DNA from: Escherichia phage ekra
DNA length: 64,000 bases
Strand: one strand, 5' to 3'
Sequence record: MN850644.1
Part shown: piece by piece, positions 46,098 to 64,000 of the stretch
Layout of the letters: each line of letters begins with the position of its first letter
Position numbering within the stretch: the first letter of the stretch is position 1
Position numbers and translations under genes: made by a program
Notes under the pieces: generated by a model
The model's input: only the letters and a program-made list of their open reading frames with translations
What the model was told of the DNA's origin: nothing
The model's database searches: none

Positions 46098-46389
46098 AGT
46101 TTTTGACCCTTATGCTCCACAAGATGATTGGGAGGCTGACAGAGAGGCTGAAATGGAGAGTTATGTTTGTCCAATGGATGTAGACGAAATGAGAGACTTC
46201 GTTGCACATCGTTTTAAGAGAGAGATTAAATCCAGAGGTCTTTCTCAAGAGCAAGTTGCTAAAATTTGTGGTATCTCTCAGGCTCGTGTATCCAACATAA
46301 TCCACCTCACTGGGAATGTTTCCCTTGAGTATATGTTGGAAGTATGTGAAAAATTTGGTGTTAATTTTAATTTAAGGTTGGCAGATTAA
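46090..46389 (+). CDS. Helix-turn-helix (XRE/Cro-like) DNA-binding protein
   Basis: LSQEQVAKICGISQARVSNI; ATGAATGA start/stop overlap with upstream gene. Confidence 0.5.
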   Translation: MNEVFDPYAPQDDWEADREAEMESYVCPMDVDEMRDFVAHRFKREIKSRGLSQEQVAKICGISQARVSNIIHLTGNVSLEYMLEVCEKFGVNFNLRLAD

Positions 46390-46390
46390 T

Positions 46391-46750
46391 ATGAAACGTG
46401 AAAACATTATCCACTCTGAAAACTTCGCATTAGGCTTTTATGGCGTACCCACTCACCTTGAAAAGTATTATGGTGTGAAGATTCTCTCCAATCTCATTAT
46501 GGCTTACAAAGATGGTAAGATTAAGCATACTGAGAAGAAACGTGTCATGGGCTATATGGCTGTAGGCTCAGCAATCTCGAACATTAAGCTGGAGACAACT
46601 AGCAGTCAGATTGTGAAAGACCACTTCATCAAAGAGCTTTACCAGAATCTTGATGGTGTGGATGTTCAGGCTGTTTGGCTGGATGTTGATGGTCATAACT
46701 ACACGAGTTTTGTTTTCAAAAACGATGACATTAAGTGTCTGTTCCCATAA
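46391..46750 (+). CDS. hypothetical protein (119 aa)
   Basis: ORF. Confidence 0.45.
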   Translation: MKRENIIHSENFALGFYGVPTHLEKYYGVKILSNLIMAYKDGKIKHTEKKRVMGYMAVGSAISNIKLETTSSQIVKDHFIKELYQNLDGVDVQAVWLDVDGHNYTSFVFKNDDIKCLFP

Positions 46751-46763
46751 TAGGTGATTAACT

Positions 46764-47279
46764 ATGATTGATGTCTACTTACAAGATGCTCATGCAGATT
46801 TCCTTAAAGAGATGCTTAAAAAGTTTATGGCTTCACAGTATGAGAATGAAGCATCTTTTAAAATAGTTACATGTGGCGACGAAGCTGGTTTTGTTGAGAT
46901 TGAACATGAAGGTACTGGAAAGATTGTTTGTAAGCTACCTGATAGTATGTTCTCTAAAACGTTCTTAACAAAGACTAGTATAAATGTTAAACTTGTACCA
47001 CAGATTGAAACATACTCTGGTACAGATTACCCTAAAGGTTTCAAGTCACTGATGAAACACTTCTTAGATGACTTTGTGAGTAATCTTCTAAGTGAGGTAA
47101 CAGAAAGCCGTACAATATTAACTGTAGAGAATCTAGGGAACACTATCAGGGTTACTTCTGACCGATATTCTATGAGTCTCTTCGACTTTGTACCTAAGAA
47201 CTTTGATGGTATTCTGGATGAAGAAGATGACTGTGTAGACTTTATATTGGTTCTTGAACCAGTTTTTGAGGTTAAATAG
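46764..47279 (+). CDS. hypothetical protein (171 aa)
   Basis: ORF. Confidence 0.45.
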   Translation: MIDVYLQDAHADFLKEMLKKFMASQYENEASFKIVTCGDEAGFVEIEHEGTGKIVCKLPDSMFSKTFLTKTSINVKLVPQIETYSGTDYPKGFKSLMKHFLDDFVSNLLSEVTESRTILTVENLGNTIRVTSDRYSMSLFDFVPKNFDGILDEEDDCVDFILVLEPVFEVK

Positions 47280-47540
47280 ATGAAAATTGAACACTGCTAT
47301 GAGTCTGATGGAACACCTATCCGTTGTCCACATTGTGGGTGTACAGACTTACAAGGTGAGGTAAGTGAAATAGTCAACGGTCATATTGCTGAAGAAAGTA
47401 CCCGATGCACAGTGTGTAATGAAATTATCGCTTTCTGGGCTTATGGTTCATACCAACCCTCTCCACATTTTATCTACCATCGTAGTAAAGTTGTGAAGAG
47501 TGTCATCAACTGGTTCATTAAGAAAGGGTTTACAAAATGA
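47280..47540 (+). CDS. Small zinc-ribbon protein (86 aa)
   Basis: CPHCGC ... CTVCNE. Confidence 0.4.
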   Translation: MKIEHCYESDGTPIRCPHCGCTDLQGEVSEIVNGHIAEESTRCTVCNEIIAFWAYGSYQPSPHFIYHRSKVVKSVINWFIKKGFTK

Positions 47541-48082
47541 TTAAACTAATATTTGCAAGTGGTGAAAACGGTGAATTTGGTACTCCAACTGGTATGCCGT
47601 GGCCTCGACATAAACAGGACATGCAAGAGTTTAAGAGACTCACTAAAAATAACTTAGTAGTTATGGGTAATGAGACTTTTAAGACTCTGGGTAGTAAACC
47701 TTTACCAGAACGTGCAAACCTCGTCTTAACAAATTCTGTACCATACTTAGGCATAGACTTTGGCAAAGATGATGTAATGTATGCTAAAGCCAGTAAAGAG
47801 TCATTTGGAGCATTTTTGAAGTATCTTGATAGCTCTATTGGTGAAGATGTCTTTGTAATTGGTGGTGCAGGTATCCTTGTCAATGCTTTACCGTATGCTA
47901 GTGTGGTGTTCCATACTGTTTTCCATAAAGTAACTGAAGAGGCCACTGTGCATTTACCTTTTGAAAACTTCTTCGATAAGTTGTATGATAGCCGTGTATT
48001 TGCAAAGGTGCAGTCAAGACCCTCAGATGATGGTAAAGCAACCTTTGAAATTTATGTTCCACAAGTAAAAGGACACTTTTGA
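47537..48082 (+). CDS. frd: Dihydrofolate reductase
   Basis: N-terminus MIKLIFASGENGEFGTPTGMPWP typical of DHFR; directly upstream of thymidylate synthase. Confidence 0.8.
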   Translation: MIKLIFASGENGEFGTPTGMPWPRHKQDMQEFKRLTKNNLVVMGNETFKTLGSKPLPERANLVLTNSVPYLGIDFGKDDVMYAKASKESFGAFLKYLDSSIGEDVFVIGGAGILVNALPYASVVFHTVFHKVTEEATVHLPFENFFDKLYDSRVFAKVQSRPSDDGKATFEIYVPQVKGHF

Positions 48083-48083
48083 T

Positions 48084-48983
48084 ATGTCACAAGCAGATTC
48101 AAGTTACAAAAATATCCTGAACCATGTTTTATCCGTTGGTGAACTGCGTACTACACGAACTGGAGATGTTATCTCTGCTTTTGCTCCACCTAAGTTTCGT
48201 TTTGATATGCGTACTGGTTTCCCACTCTTAACATCTAAACAGGTGTTTACACGGCAAGTTATTGGGGAAGCTTTATGGTTCCTGAATGGTGAGAATAAAC
48301 TTGGTGAACTCCGTTATCGTACTTGGGGTGAAAATGATGGGGAGCGTTGGACTATCTGGTCAGATGATTTTAAACGCTGGTTAAGCTCTAATTATTCTTC
48401 TGAACAAGATTGGTTAGAAGATGCAGGTGGGAGAATCTACGGGGTTCAGTGGAGAAACTTTGAAGGTCATAATGGTTGTGTTGTAGACCAGTTAGAGACC
48501 TTAGTAACAAAGATGAAAGGTGATATCACAGACCGCTACATGCTTGTTAATGCTTGGAATGCAGCAGATATTGCAGCAAACTCGATGGCTTTAGCACCTT
48601 GTCATGTTCTGTTTCAGATTTATATCACCAACGAAGGTGAAGTTGACTTACAATGGTATCAACGTTCTGTAGACACCTTTTTAGGACTTCCATTTAATAT
48701 TGCGTCTTATGGTTTTATTCTGGAAGTTCTTTGTAAGATGACTGGATACACTCCACGATACTTGATAGGTGTCTTTGGAGATACTCAGATTTATCAGAAC
48801 CATATGAAGCAGGTTTATGAACTGATGAACAATGAAGAGTTCCATGCACCTACTTTTGAGATTGGTGTGCAGCTTAACACTCTAAGTGATTTAAAACACC
48901 TTACTGCAAGTGATTTTATTGGTGGCATTAACAACTACCAACATGCAGGGAAGATTGAAGCACCTCTGTCAGTAGGTAAGTAA
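48084..48983 (+). CDS. td: Thymidylate synthase
   Basis: Active-site ALAPCHVLFQ; 299 aa. Confidence 0.85.
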   Translation: MSQADSSYKNILNHVLSVGELRTTRTGDVISAFAPPKFRFDMRTGFPLLTSKQVFTRQVIGEALWFLNGENKLGELRYRTWGENDGERWTIWSDDFKRWLSSNYSSEQDWLEDAGGRIYGVQWRNFEGHNGCVVDQLETLVTKMKGDITDRYMLVNAWNAADIAANSMALAPCHVLFQIYITNEGEVDLQWYQRSVDTFLGLPFNIASYGFILEVLCKMTGYTPRYLIGVFGDTQIYQNHMKQVYELMNNEEFHAPTFEIGVQLNTLSDLKHLTASDFIGGINNYQHAGKIEAPLSVGK

Positions 48984-48990
48984 AACAAAA

Positions 48991-49014
48991 AAGGCTCCCG
49001 TAAAAAGGAGCCTT
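48991..49014. terminator. Bidirectional terminator hairpin between convergent gene blocks
   Basis: aaaaaaggctcc cgtaaaa aggagcctt flanked by A-run and T-containing run. Confidence 0.55.
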
Positions 49015-49019
49015 AAACT

Positions 49020-49391
49020 TTATTTTTCAGTATTCTTTGTGTTCTTTTCAGTAATAGCTTGGAGGGCTGATACTGATTGAGCCAGATTGTTCACACTGTC
49101 AGAGAATTTATCAAGAGTTTTGGTAAGTTTTGCGTTTTCACCCTTAACATTCTCTAACTGAACTTTCTGGTTCTCCATCCCTAGCTGAACCAATCTCATG
49201 TCAGACTGTAAATCACGAATAGCTGAATAGTTACTTTTGGAATAATTATCTAGCTGCTGTAACTTTGTTGTGACAGACACTTCTTGTTTACCACTTGAAA
49301 CTTGCATCGTGGTATACATCCCAATAACACTAAAAATACCAACTACAATTGCACCAATATTATTTTTAAAAGCTTCCTCTAGCCACTTCAT
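49020..49391 (-). CDS. Membrane-anchored coiled-coil protein (123 aa)
   Basis: N-terminal TM helix IGAIVVGIFSVIGMY, remainder heptad-like. Confidence 0.45.
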   Translation of the reverse strand: MKWLEEAFKNNIGAIVVGIFSVIGMYTTMQVSSGKQEVSVTTKLQQLDNYSKSNYSAIRDLQSDMRLVQLGMENQKVQLENVKGENAKLTKTLDKFSDSVNNLAQSVSALQAITEKNTKNTEK

Positions 49392-49586
49392 TTATTTCTC
49401 CCCCTTAAAAGCTTTTTCTAAGTTATCTACGAACTCATCATCAATAGGTGTGTCTGTTTTACTCGCAAGGTATCTTGCAAGCTTAAAGAACACTTTCTCA
49501 ATCATGTATTCACTTAGAAGGGATAAAATGAGTTTCCAGAAGAAGCTACCTAGATTTTTTAGAAGAATTGCTAGGATTGTAGGCAT
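49392..49586 (-). CDS. small membrane protein (64 aa)
   Basis: Hydrophobic N-terminus. Confidence 0.4.
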   Translation of the reverse strand: MPTILAILLKNLGSFFWKLILSLLSEYMIEKVFFKLARYLASKTDTPIDDEFVDNLEKAFKGEK

Positions 49587-49665
49587 TTAATCACCTCATC
49601 AGCCAAGATGGTGAGAATACCCATAAAGAATATTAACACCATCTTAACAATCAGTCAACAAGGGA

Positions 49666-52017
49666 TTAAGCAGTTCTCACCCAAGCCATTAACTTGTAGA
49701 ACTGGTTAGTAACACTAAATGCTGAACCAGAACCTGTACCACCAGTGTTACCACTTACTGTATGTCTGTGAGCACCAATACCAACACTGTGAGCATGGTT
49801 ACCAGCAGAAGCGGCAGTACCACTTACGGAGTGGGTGTGAGCACCGTTAGCATCGGTGTAACCCGGTCCTACACCAATACTACCACCACCACCACCAGAG
49901 TAGTGTGTAGAGTTCTGACCAATCCACGAAATGGAATGGTTGTGGTTACCAGCAGATGAAGTAGAGCCACTTACAGAGTGAGTGTGAGCACCAGTCGTGT
50001 TAGTGTTTTTTGTTCCGTAGTCAAACGATGAGGTAGTCGCAGAAAAACTGTGCGTGTGCGAAGGTAAGTTACCAACAGCTAACGTTACAGAATCTGAACC
50101 ACCAGTTGTAGCAACATCTGAACCATTTGCTGCTGCAATTCTAATAGTCCTACCAACACCATTCTTCAGATACGTCCAAGTTAGGCCAGGCAGTGCTGTA
50201 TTAGGGTTAACATTACTGTTAAACCACGTCACAATACCCACTGGATAGATTTTGTTAAGGTCTGTAGAGTCACTTACTGCCTGTGCAATCTTCTGGTCAG
50301 TTTCAGCTTTAGTGTATGCACCAAGCTCTGAAGGGGTTGGTTTCTGAGCCTCTGTGTAAACCTTAGACCACTTAGCCTCAAAACCTTTACTGTCTACAGA
50401 TGTTCTGTACCACATCCCACCATTTTTATACTGGAACTTTAGTTGCGCACAGGCAGTAGAAGAGGACACTCCCTGATACATTTGAAATACAAGTGATGTG
50501 TAATCACCATTTGGTGATGTTACATTATATAAGCCTGTTTTAGCGTTCCATGCCACACCATCTGCATTCTGCTCTGTAGCTTCTCCTGTAGAACCTGCAA
50601 CCATGAATCTCTGATTAGCTGCTGACTGAGTGAAGTATCTAGCATCTAAGTTAGACCAATCAGAAGGTTTTACCTGTCCAGTAATCTGTAGAGATTTAGA
50701 CAGAAGAATTTCGTCAGCTAAATCGAGTCTTGCACCAGTCAAGTAGTTATGGAAAGATGCAATACCAGAACCATTTGTCCCACAACCGATAAACCACTTA
50801 TTTGTGTTATCAGTATTCTTACCAACAATGTAAGAAGAATTATTCTGAGCCTTGTTGTAGATTCTTAATGCTTCACCATCAGATTGAATATTCTGCTGTA
50901 AAGTGAATGTGTTAGCTTCATTCTTCTTAGCAAGATTTGCGTATGAACCGATAAGAACATAACGAGAGTCAATGTTAGTCCAGTCAGAAGGTTGAACTTG
51001 ACCAGTTACAGTTAGTGTTTTATTGATATTAACACTTGTCCCTACAGTAATCTTGCCACTAGTTTTGTAGTTTCCTAGAGCTACGTTATCACCTTTGTTA
51101 CTATTACCAATGTACCATCTGTTGACACCTGTGCTATCAATCGCCTTAATGTACAATGGTTGTGCAGCATTGGCATTCTGTAGCCTAATTGCTTCACCAT
51201 CTTTTTTGAAAACACTTAGTTGGTTGAATGTGTTTAAACCACTGAATGTGTTATTACCAACTAGCTGCGCAAATCTCTGATTAGCAACTGTCTGAGTAAA
51301 ATATCTAGCATCTAAGTTAGAGAAGTCAGAAGGTTGTACTTGACCAGTGATTTGAATTGATTTATTCACAGAGATTAGGTTAGCTAAAATCGCTACGTAT
51401 GCACCAGATTTAACGTTTTTTAAAACAAGGTTGTCTGTGCCTTTATTATCATTGCCTAGATACCATCTGTTAGTGCCATCTGCATCTTGACCACGAATAT
51501 AGAGTGGCATCCCTTGTGTCAAATTCTTAAGAATTAACCCTTCATTGTTAGCAACAATAGTCTGAGTGGCTCTAAAGGTGTTATTTACAGCCAGTCTTGC
51601 ATATCTTGCATCATTCTCTTCATTAGTTCTCATCCCAAGTTCATTAGGGCTTGGCTTATTAAGAGTATGATAAACAGTTGCCGACCTTGAAGCATCTGCA
51701 ATAGTTAGTTTAAGGTCATTTGCGTTGATTTTAAAAGTCTTTAAAACATCCCCAATAGTAATCTCAGAAGAGCCTGTTGGGTCAAAGATTGCCTTACCAC
51801 CATAAAGTAACTTAACAATCCCTAAGTCACCCGTCATATTGCTACCAGCAATCTGAACAAATCTTTCGAGTTTGAAAGATGCTAAGAAGTCTTGATAAGT
51901 CATTCGACGGTCTTCATCACCAAGCATTTCAGGTCTCTTTTTAACCCTAACATGAAGAAGGTCATCTGAACGGATTGTATCGATTGAGTTTAATTCACTC
52001 AACTTGTAATCTGCCAT
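49666..52017 (-). CDS. Tail fibre protein with C-terminal His-x-His repeat region
   Basis: Repeated GAHTHSVSG...AGNHNHS units, C-terminal ...AFSVTNQFYKLMAWVRTA shared with paralog; 783 aa. Confidence 0.65.
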   Translation of the reverse strand: MADYKLSELNSIDTIRSDDLLHVRVKKRPEMLGDEDRRMTYQDFLASFKLERFVQIAGSNMTGDLGIVKLLYGGKAIFDPTGSSEITIGDVLKTFKINANDLKLTIADASRSATVYHTLNKPSPNELGMRTNEENDARYARLAVNNTFRATQTIVANNEGLILKNLTQGMPLYIRGQDADGTNRWYLGNDNKGTDNLVLKNVKSGAYVAILANLISVNKSIQITGQVQPSDFSNLDARYFTQTVANQRFAQLVGNNTFSGLNTFNQLSVFKKDGEAIRLQNANAAQPLYIKAIDSTGVNRWYIGNSNKGDNVALGNYKTSGKITVGTSVNINKTLTVTGQVQPSDWTNIDSRYVLIGSYANLAKKNEANTFTLQQNIQSDGEALRIYNKAQNNSSYIVGKNTDNTNKWFIGCGTNGSGIASFHNYLTGARLDLADEILLSKSLQITGQVKPSDWSNLDARYFTQSAANQRFMVAGSTGEATEQNADGVAWNAKTGLYNVTSPNGDYTSLVFQMYQGVSSSTACAQLKFQYKNGGMWYRTSVDSKGFEAKWSKVYTEAQKPTPSELGAYTKAETDQKIAQAVSDSTDLNKIYPVGIVTWFNSNVNPNTALPGLTWTYLKNGVGRTIRIAAANGSDVATTGGSDSVTLAVGNLPSHTHSFSATTSSFDYGTKNTNTTGAHTHSVSGSTSSAGNHNHSISWIGQNSTHYSGGGGGSIGVGPGYTDANGAHTHSVSGTAASAGNHAHSVGIGAHRHTVSGNTGGTGSGSAFSVTNQFYKLMAWVRTA

Positions 52018-52036
52018 TATAAATTTTCCTCTTAAA

Positions 52037-52056
52037 AGGGGCTATACAGCCCCTGT
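52037..52056 (-). terminator. Hairpin (ggggct atac agcccc) between tail-fibre genes
   Basis: Read directly; T-run on minus strand. Confidence 0.45.
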
Positions 52057-52063
52057 AAAGAAA

Positions 52064-53212
52064 TTAAGCTGTTCTCTGCCATACATACAATACGAAGGAT
52101 GGCTGTTCAACACTAAATGCTTGACCAGAACCAGTTGGACCAGTTGTGCCAGAGTGTGAATGCTCACCTGCTCCGGTTACTGTTACTGTTGCTGAGTGGT
52201 TGTGGGAACCAATTGCAACAGAATGGTTGTGAGCACCAATCCCAACTGTGTGATTATGCGCGCCAATTGCTACAGAGTGAGTGTGGTTGTTAGCTGTTGT
52301 CAGCGTAGCTCTTGGGTCATAGCTTGCCCCCTCAACTGATAAACCTCTCCAACCACCATCAGCATAACCACGATTAATGAATGTTGTTTGTGTTAAACCA
52401 GCAGCACTGGTTGTTCTGTTACCATAGTCATAAGTAGATACAGTCTTTGTTCCATAGTCAAACGTTGTAGTCCCTTTAGTACCGTAGTCAAAAGCACTGA
52501 TAGAGGCCGTTGCACCGTGTGTGTGACCACCACCAGTGACGTATACTGAGTGAGTGTGTGCAGGAATATTGTTAACTGTCAGTGCAGTAGTCTGCGAACC
52601 AAACGTTGAACCAACTGGCCTAGAAGCACTATCATAACCTACAAGTGCTCTTCCTTTTGAAACTAACTCCCAAGTACCCCCACAAATTAAATATGTAGAA
52701 GGGTTTGCAGGATTCATAGAGAGATGGATAGTACCTACTGGATAAGAAGCCTGAACAGCCTTGTACAAGTTATTTACTGCTCTTGCTGTAGCATACTTAT
52801 CTGCATCCTCATTATAAAGGTTAGATGTCACCCAGTTCTGAACATTGCTTAACCCAACCTGTGCCTTAGTAGTATTGTGTGGGTTGCTCTTATCATCAAT
52901 ATGTTGTTGAATAAGATTATTAACCTCTTCTGAAGACATAATCTGTAGATTTGCTCTTGCCTCAGCTACATTAACAATGTCTGATAAGTTATTTTCAGCA
53001 ACTAACTGGAGAGCATTAATAACGTTATCTAAACCAATTTGTGTCTTAGTAACACCATGAGGGTTATTTCTTAGGCTTGAGTGTGGAGCAAGTAATTGCT
53101 CAAGAGTACATCTCTTATCCTCGATACCCTGTTTAAGATGGAAGATATCACTAAGGTCAATTGGTAAGGCTGCTTGAGGCAAGGCACTAATTTGAATTTC
53201 ACCTACTGCCAT
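52064..53212 (-). CDS. Tail fibre protein (paralog) with HxH repeats
   Basis: HTHSV, AIGAHNHTVGIGAHNHSVAIGSHNHS; C-terminal SVEQPSFVLYVWQRTA. Confidence 0.65.
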   Translation of the reverse strand: MAVGEIQISALPQAALPIDLSDIFHLKQGIEDKRCTLEQLLAPHSSLRNNPHGVTKTQIGLDNVINALQLVAENNLSDIVNVAEARANLQIMSSEEVNNLIQQHIDDKSNPHNTTKAQVGLSNVQNWVTSNLYNEDADKYATARAVNNLYKAVQASYPVGTIHLSMNPANPSTYLICGGTWELVSKGRALVGYDSASRPVGSTFGSQTTALTVNNIPAHTHSVYVTGGGHTHGATASISAFDYGTKGTTTFDYGTKTVSTYDYGNRTTSAAGLTQTTFINRGYADGGWRGLSVEGASYDPRATLTTANNHTHSVAIGAHNHTVGIGAHNHSVAIGSHNHSATVTVTGAGEHSHSGTTGPTGSGQAFSVEQPSFVLYVWQRTA

Positions 53213-53214
53213 TA

Positions 53215-61212
<7,998 letters not shown>

Positions 61213-61213
<1 letters not shown>

Positions 61214-61452
61214 TACATTTTTCCTGCTCTTCTAAGTTCGTTGTAAGCAATTTCCTCTTTATACGACCTCTGAATTTCAAGAAATTGTCTCAATGATAAT
61301 AAATCAGAGAATGTCATAGCAAAGAGTTGGTCAAGTGTTTCTTTACACCCTTCCATACCATAAATAGCAAGCACAAATTTCATCTCGTCTGCTTCTTCAT
61401 AGGTTGCCTCTACAGCAGCATCAGTTAGTGGTGTCTGTAGAGTGTTACCCAT
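61213..61452 (-). CDS. Tail assembly chaperone (distal ORF of chaperone pair)
   Basis: Position between tube candidate and tape measure; abuts upstream ORF within 2 nt in another frame. Confidence 0.4.
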
Positions 61453-61454
61453 GT

Positions 61455-61853
61455 TTACTGAGAAGTTAGGCTTTTGAAAATGCTTGCTTCGAAAAAACTT
61501 CCGAAGTTTGCCTCCAGCGCAAATGCTAAGTAATCAATAAATTCACCATAGTTTGCTTGGAAGTATGTATCAATATTAAGTGGGAAGTCATCAACAGTTG
61601 CCCCTTGAAATAACAGGGTAGCCATTTCTTCAAGGTTGATTTCTTCAATTCTGTCAAAACAAGCTTCAACAAGTTCTTTAAATGGAACCATTGGAGCTTC
61701 TTTCTTATCTTTATCAGTCAGACTTGATAGCATCTGTGCAAAAGTTGGAACAACAATTTTACCCAACTTCATAGACATCTTAATACCATCTCTTGCCCCA
61801 AGCAGAACGATATTTACTTTCTTACCATTAATTACTCTAGATTCTGTTTTCAT
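61455..61853 (-). CDS. Tail assembly chaperone (proximal ORF)
   Basis: Position; 132 aa. Confidence 0.4.
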   Translation of the reverse strand: MKTESRVINGKKVNIVLLGARDGIKMSMKLGKIVVPTFAQMLSSLTDKDKKEAPMVPFKELVEACFDRIEEINLEEMATLLFQGATVDDFPLNIDTYFQANYGEFIDYLAFALEANFGSFFEASIFKSLTSQ

Positions 61854-61886
61854 TGTGATTCCTTAATACTTTTAAAAGAAACAAAA

Positions 61887-61916
61887 AAGGGGAAGACCTT
61901 TTAAAGTCTCCCCCTT
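61887..61916 (-). terminator. Strong hairpin (gggggagac tttaaaa ggtcttcccc) plus TTTTTT on minus strand after tube gene
   Basis: Read directly. Confidence 0.55.
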
Positions 61917-61926
61917 ATAGGATTTA

Positions 61927-62373
61927 TTAAACACTTGACGCTGGAATTGTTGAAGTGTAGTCTAGCTTCTCACAACCAAAAATCCAAGTTTTAGAGTTCT
62001 GGTCACGACCAAGTTCAATCTGTGGTAATTCCTGCAACCAAGCATTAATACCAGTTGCCAGAACAGAGCCTGATGGGTCGTAGATTACGAAGTTAGAAGA
62101 GATATCTTCTTCAAGTTCCATATTGTCTTGTTTAGCTTGAATTGCAGAAAGCATCTGGTTAGAGAGAGAAGTCTGCATTAGCTCAATCTCAATAGTACCT
62201 GTCTTGTCTGCATTTCGTGTCAGAGCAACCTGACCACCTGCACCAACAACTGGTGTCACAAGTGGTGATGTTCTCTGTAGACGCAAGAATGAGTCTGGAG
62301 CAAAGCCTTCAATAGCAATGCCGTTCCAGCTACATACAACGTCTTTAGGGGAATATTGCTGATACATAGCCAT
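61927..62373 (-). CDS. Tail tube protein candidate
   Basis: 148 aa, placed between sheath candidate and chaperones, followed by terminator. Confidence 0.4.
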   Translation of the reverse strand: MAMYQQYSPKDVVCSWNGIAIEGFAPDSFLRLQRTSPLVTPVVGAGGQVALTRNADKTGTIEIELMQTSLSNQMLSAIQAKQDNMELEEDISSNFVIYDPSGSVLATGINAWLQELPQIELGRDQNSKTWIFGCEKLDYTSTIPASSV

Positions 62374-62388
62374 TCCAATTTACCTCTA

Positions 62389-63741
62389 TTATTCGTAAGC
62401 CACTGTACCTTTCAAGTCAACATCCAAGATAGCCCCTGCTAAGATACCTGCGAAGGTAACATCTTTCAGGATACGTGCTTTCTTGTCTGCTAAAGCAACT
62501 TGAGAGGCTTTAGGAACATTAACTGTGTAAGATGACAGGAAGTTTCTGTTGACTGCTCTTTGCAGAGAGGTTTCAATGACTTGACGAATACGGGTAATAC
62601 CAGTATCATCATAAGTAATCTTACCACCCTTCTGGTTAATTAGCAAGTCTCTCAGAGAAGTTTTCAGGTCTGATTCTAACCAGTCAACACCACGGACGAT
62701 ATCAATCCATTCCCCACCAGAAGTAATCCCTCTACGAACCACTGGAACACCACCATCAAGGTCAATAAAGTTACAGTGACGTACATCTAAAGCAGACTTC
62801 TGAATACTTGTCAGAGGTCTCTGATTAGATGGTTGTAGAGAAGCTGCTACGCCAGTTAGCTGAGCATTACCCCAAGCAATTGAGCCTGCATCATATGGAG
62901 CACCATAAGCAATGTATGCCATCTCTGGATAATCTTCTGCTGCTGCGTGATGCCACAAGCAAACTGTACGAGTGTACATATTCTTAGCAAGCTGTGCTGG
63001 AACATCATTTGCACTGGCTAATTCTGTACCTTGTAGGGCTGTTACATCGGAGTTAGCCGTAAAGAAGATTTTCTTACGAGCCTGAATCTCAGAAGCCATT
63101 GCTAAGACAAACTGTTGAGTTCTGTCTTCTGCTGCAATGAAATACCAGTCAGTAGAGTAAGCTTCGATAGCTGCCAGAGCAGTTGCTGCTGTATCAGCAG
63201 TTGTACTTGCAATATATACAGTCTGTGCTGTGGTTGTTACTTTCACAAAGTCATTATCACCAGCTTTGGTAATAATCATTGTGGCAGAGCCATTGCTACC
63301 AGTTACATTCACAGAAACCTTATCTTTGATTGTTGGGTCAGCTTCAATCTGTGTTTTAAACTGTTGCAACACTACCTCAGCAGTGTCTGAATCTTGTGCT
63401 GTGTACTGGTATGGTTGAGAAATTCCACCGCCAACAGCTACAGTAATTGAGTAGTCTGTACTTTCGGTAACGGCATCAGGAATTGATACAGTGTACTGCA
63501 TAGCGCGTCTACCGATATAAAGCTGAGTTACTTTAGGAGTCTGACTCCAAAGTTGTTTAGCAGCCTTATATGCAGCAGTATTCTCATCGAAATCTTCAGC
63601 AACTTCAGTTAAGGAAGTGTAACCACGCACTCTTTCTTCAAAGTTATCTGTTGAAGCTAAGAATAGTGGCAAACCAAAACCTTCTCTTGTAGTTCCTGCG
63701 GTGTTCAATGTAATATCTACATTAACAATTGGATTCCACAT
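62389..63741 (-). CDS. Tail sheath protein candidate
   Basis: 450 aa, immediately upstream of tube candidate; by synteny only. Confidence 0.4.
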   Translation of the reverse strand: MWNPIVNVDITLNTAGTTREGFGLPLFLASTDNFEERVRGYTSLTEVAEDFDENTAAYKAAKQLWSQTPKVTQLYIGRRAMQYTVSIPDAVTESTDYSITVAVGGGISQPYQYTAQDSDTAEVVLQQFKTQIEADPTIKDKVSVNVTGSNGSATMIITKAGDNDFVKVTTTAQTVYIASTTADTAATALAAIEAYSTDWYFIAAEDRTQQFVLAMASEIQARKKIFFTANSDVTALQGTELASANDVPAQLAKNMYTRTVCLWHHAAAEDYPEMAYIAYGAPYDAGSIAWGNAQLTGVAASLQPSNQRPLTSIQKSALDVRHCNFIDLDGGVPVVRRGITSGGEWIDIVRGVDWLESDLKTSLRDLLINQKGGKITYDDTGITRIRQVIETSLQRAVNRNFLSSYTVNVPKASQVALADKKARILKDVTFAGILAGAILDVDLKGTVAYE

Positions 63742-63744
63742 TTA

Positions 63745-64000
63745 TTTTACCCCTTTGGAGTCTACATCTAGATGGATAGTATATTCTGGTGGCTCTTGTC
63801 CTTCTTCATAAACCAACTCACCATCAACAATGACACGCTCAATAATACTTCCACGTTCATCCTTCAGGACTGAGTTTTTTACAAGAGTTACAACAAGAGG
63901 CGCAGAATTTTCGAAATCTGTATTGAGATAAGTGTAGTCATTCGGGATAGCTCCAGTGTCTAGTACTGTAGCTCCTGTTTCTTCAAGGATTAAATCTCTG
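63745..64000 (-). CDS. 3-prime end of an upstream structural gene that runs off the window
   Basis: Open minus-strand frame from window edge to stop near 63745. Confidence 0.4.

Overview
The window reads as a contiguous piece of a virulent tailed dsDNA phage genome, AT-rich by eye, with no rRNA, tRNA or CRISPR array recognised. All calls rest on reading the six-frame translations and the DNA for motifs; no database search was run. Layout: (i) 1-1465 is a non-coding field of short repeats; (ii) 1475-6992 holds 14 small minus-strand early-type ORFs separated by a reiterated hairpin-plus-leader cassette; (iii) 7513-37504 is a long minus-strand block with a macrodomain protein, a lysis module (signal-peptide lytic transglycosylase plus embedded spanin pair), an rIIA/rIIB-like pair, a NAMPT-like plus PRPP-synthetase-like NAD module, aerobic and anaerobic ribonucleotide reductases, a glutaredoxin-like protein, homing endonucleases, a putative 5-prime exonuclease, SSB candidate, T7 gp4-like primase-helicase and a dNMP-kinase-like protein; (iv) a strand switch at about 37505-37761; (v) 37762-48983 is a plus-strand block with family A DNA polymerase, ATP-dependent ligase, DHFR and thymidylate synthase; (vi) 49020-64000 is a minus-strand contractile-tail morphogenesis block (sheath and tube candidates, chaperone pair, tape measure, baseplate, two paralogous HxH-repeat tail fibres). 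The gene content (NAMPT plus Prs, rIIA/B, nrdAB/DG, many HNH endonucleases, family A polymerase, myovirus tail) fits a Felix-O1-like (Ounavirinae) phage, but that is inference. The most unusual signals are: five arrays of tandem GGTNN pentamers interleaved with covariant hairpins, forming near-identical direct repeats around a two-gene cassette (43956-44986); the NAD module split by a homing endonuclease, which resembles phage NAD+ reconstitution counter-defence; a TARG1/DarG-like macrodomain protein; and the covariant hairpin cassette punctuating the early genes.
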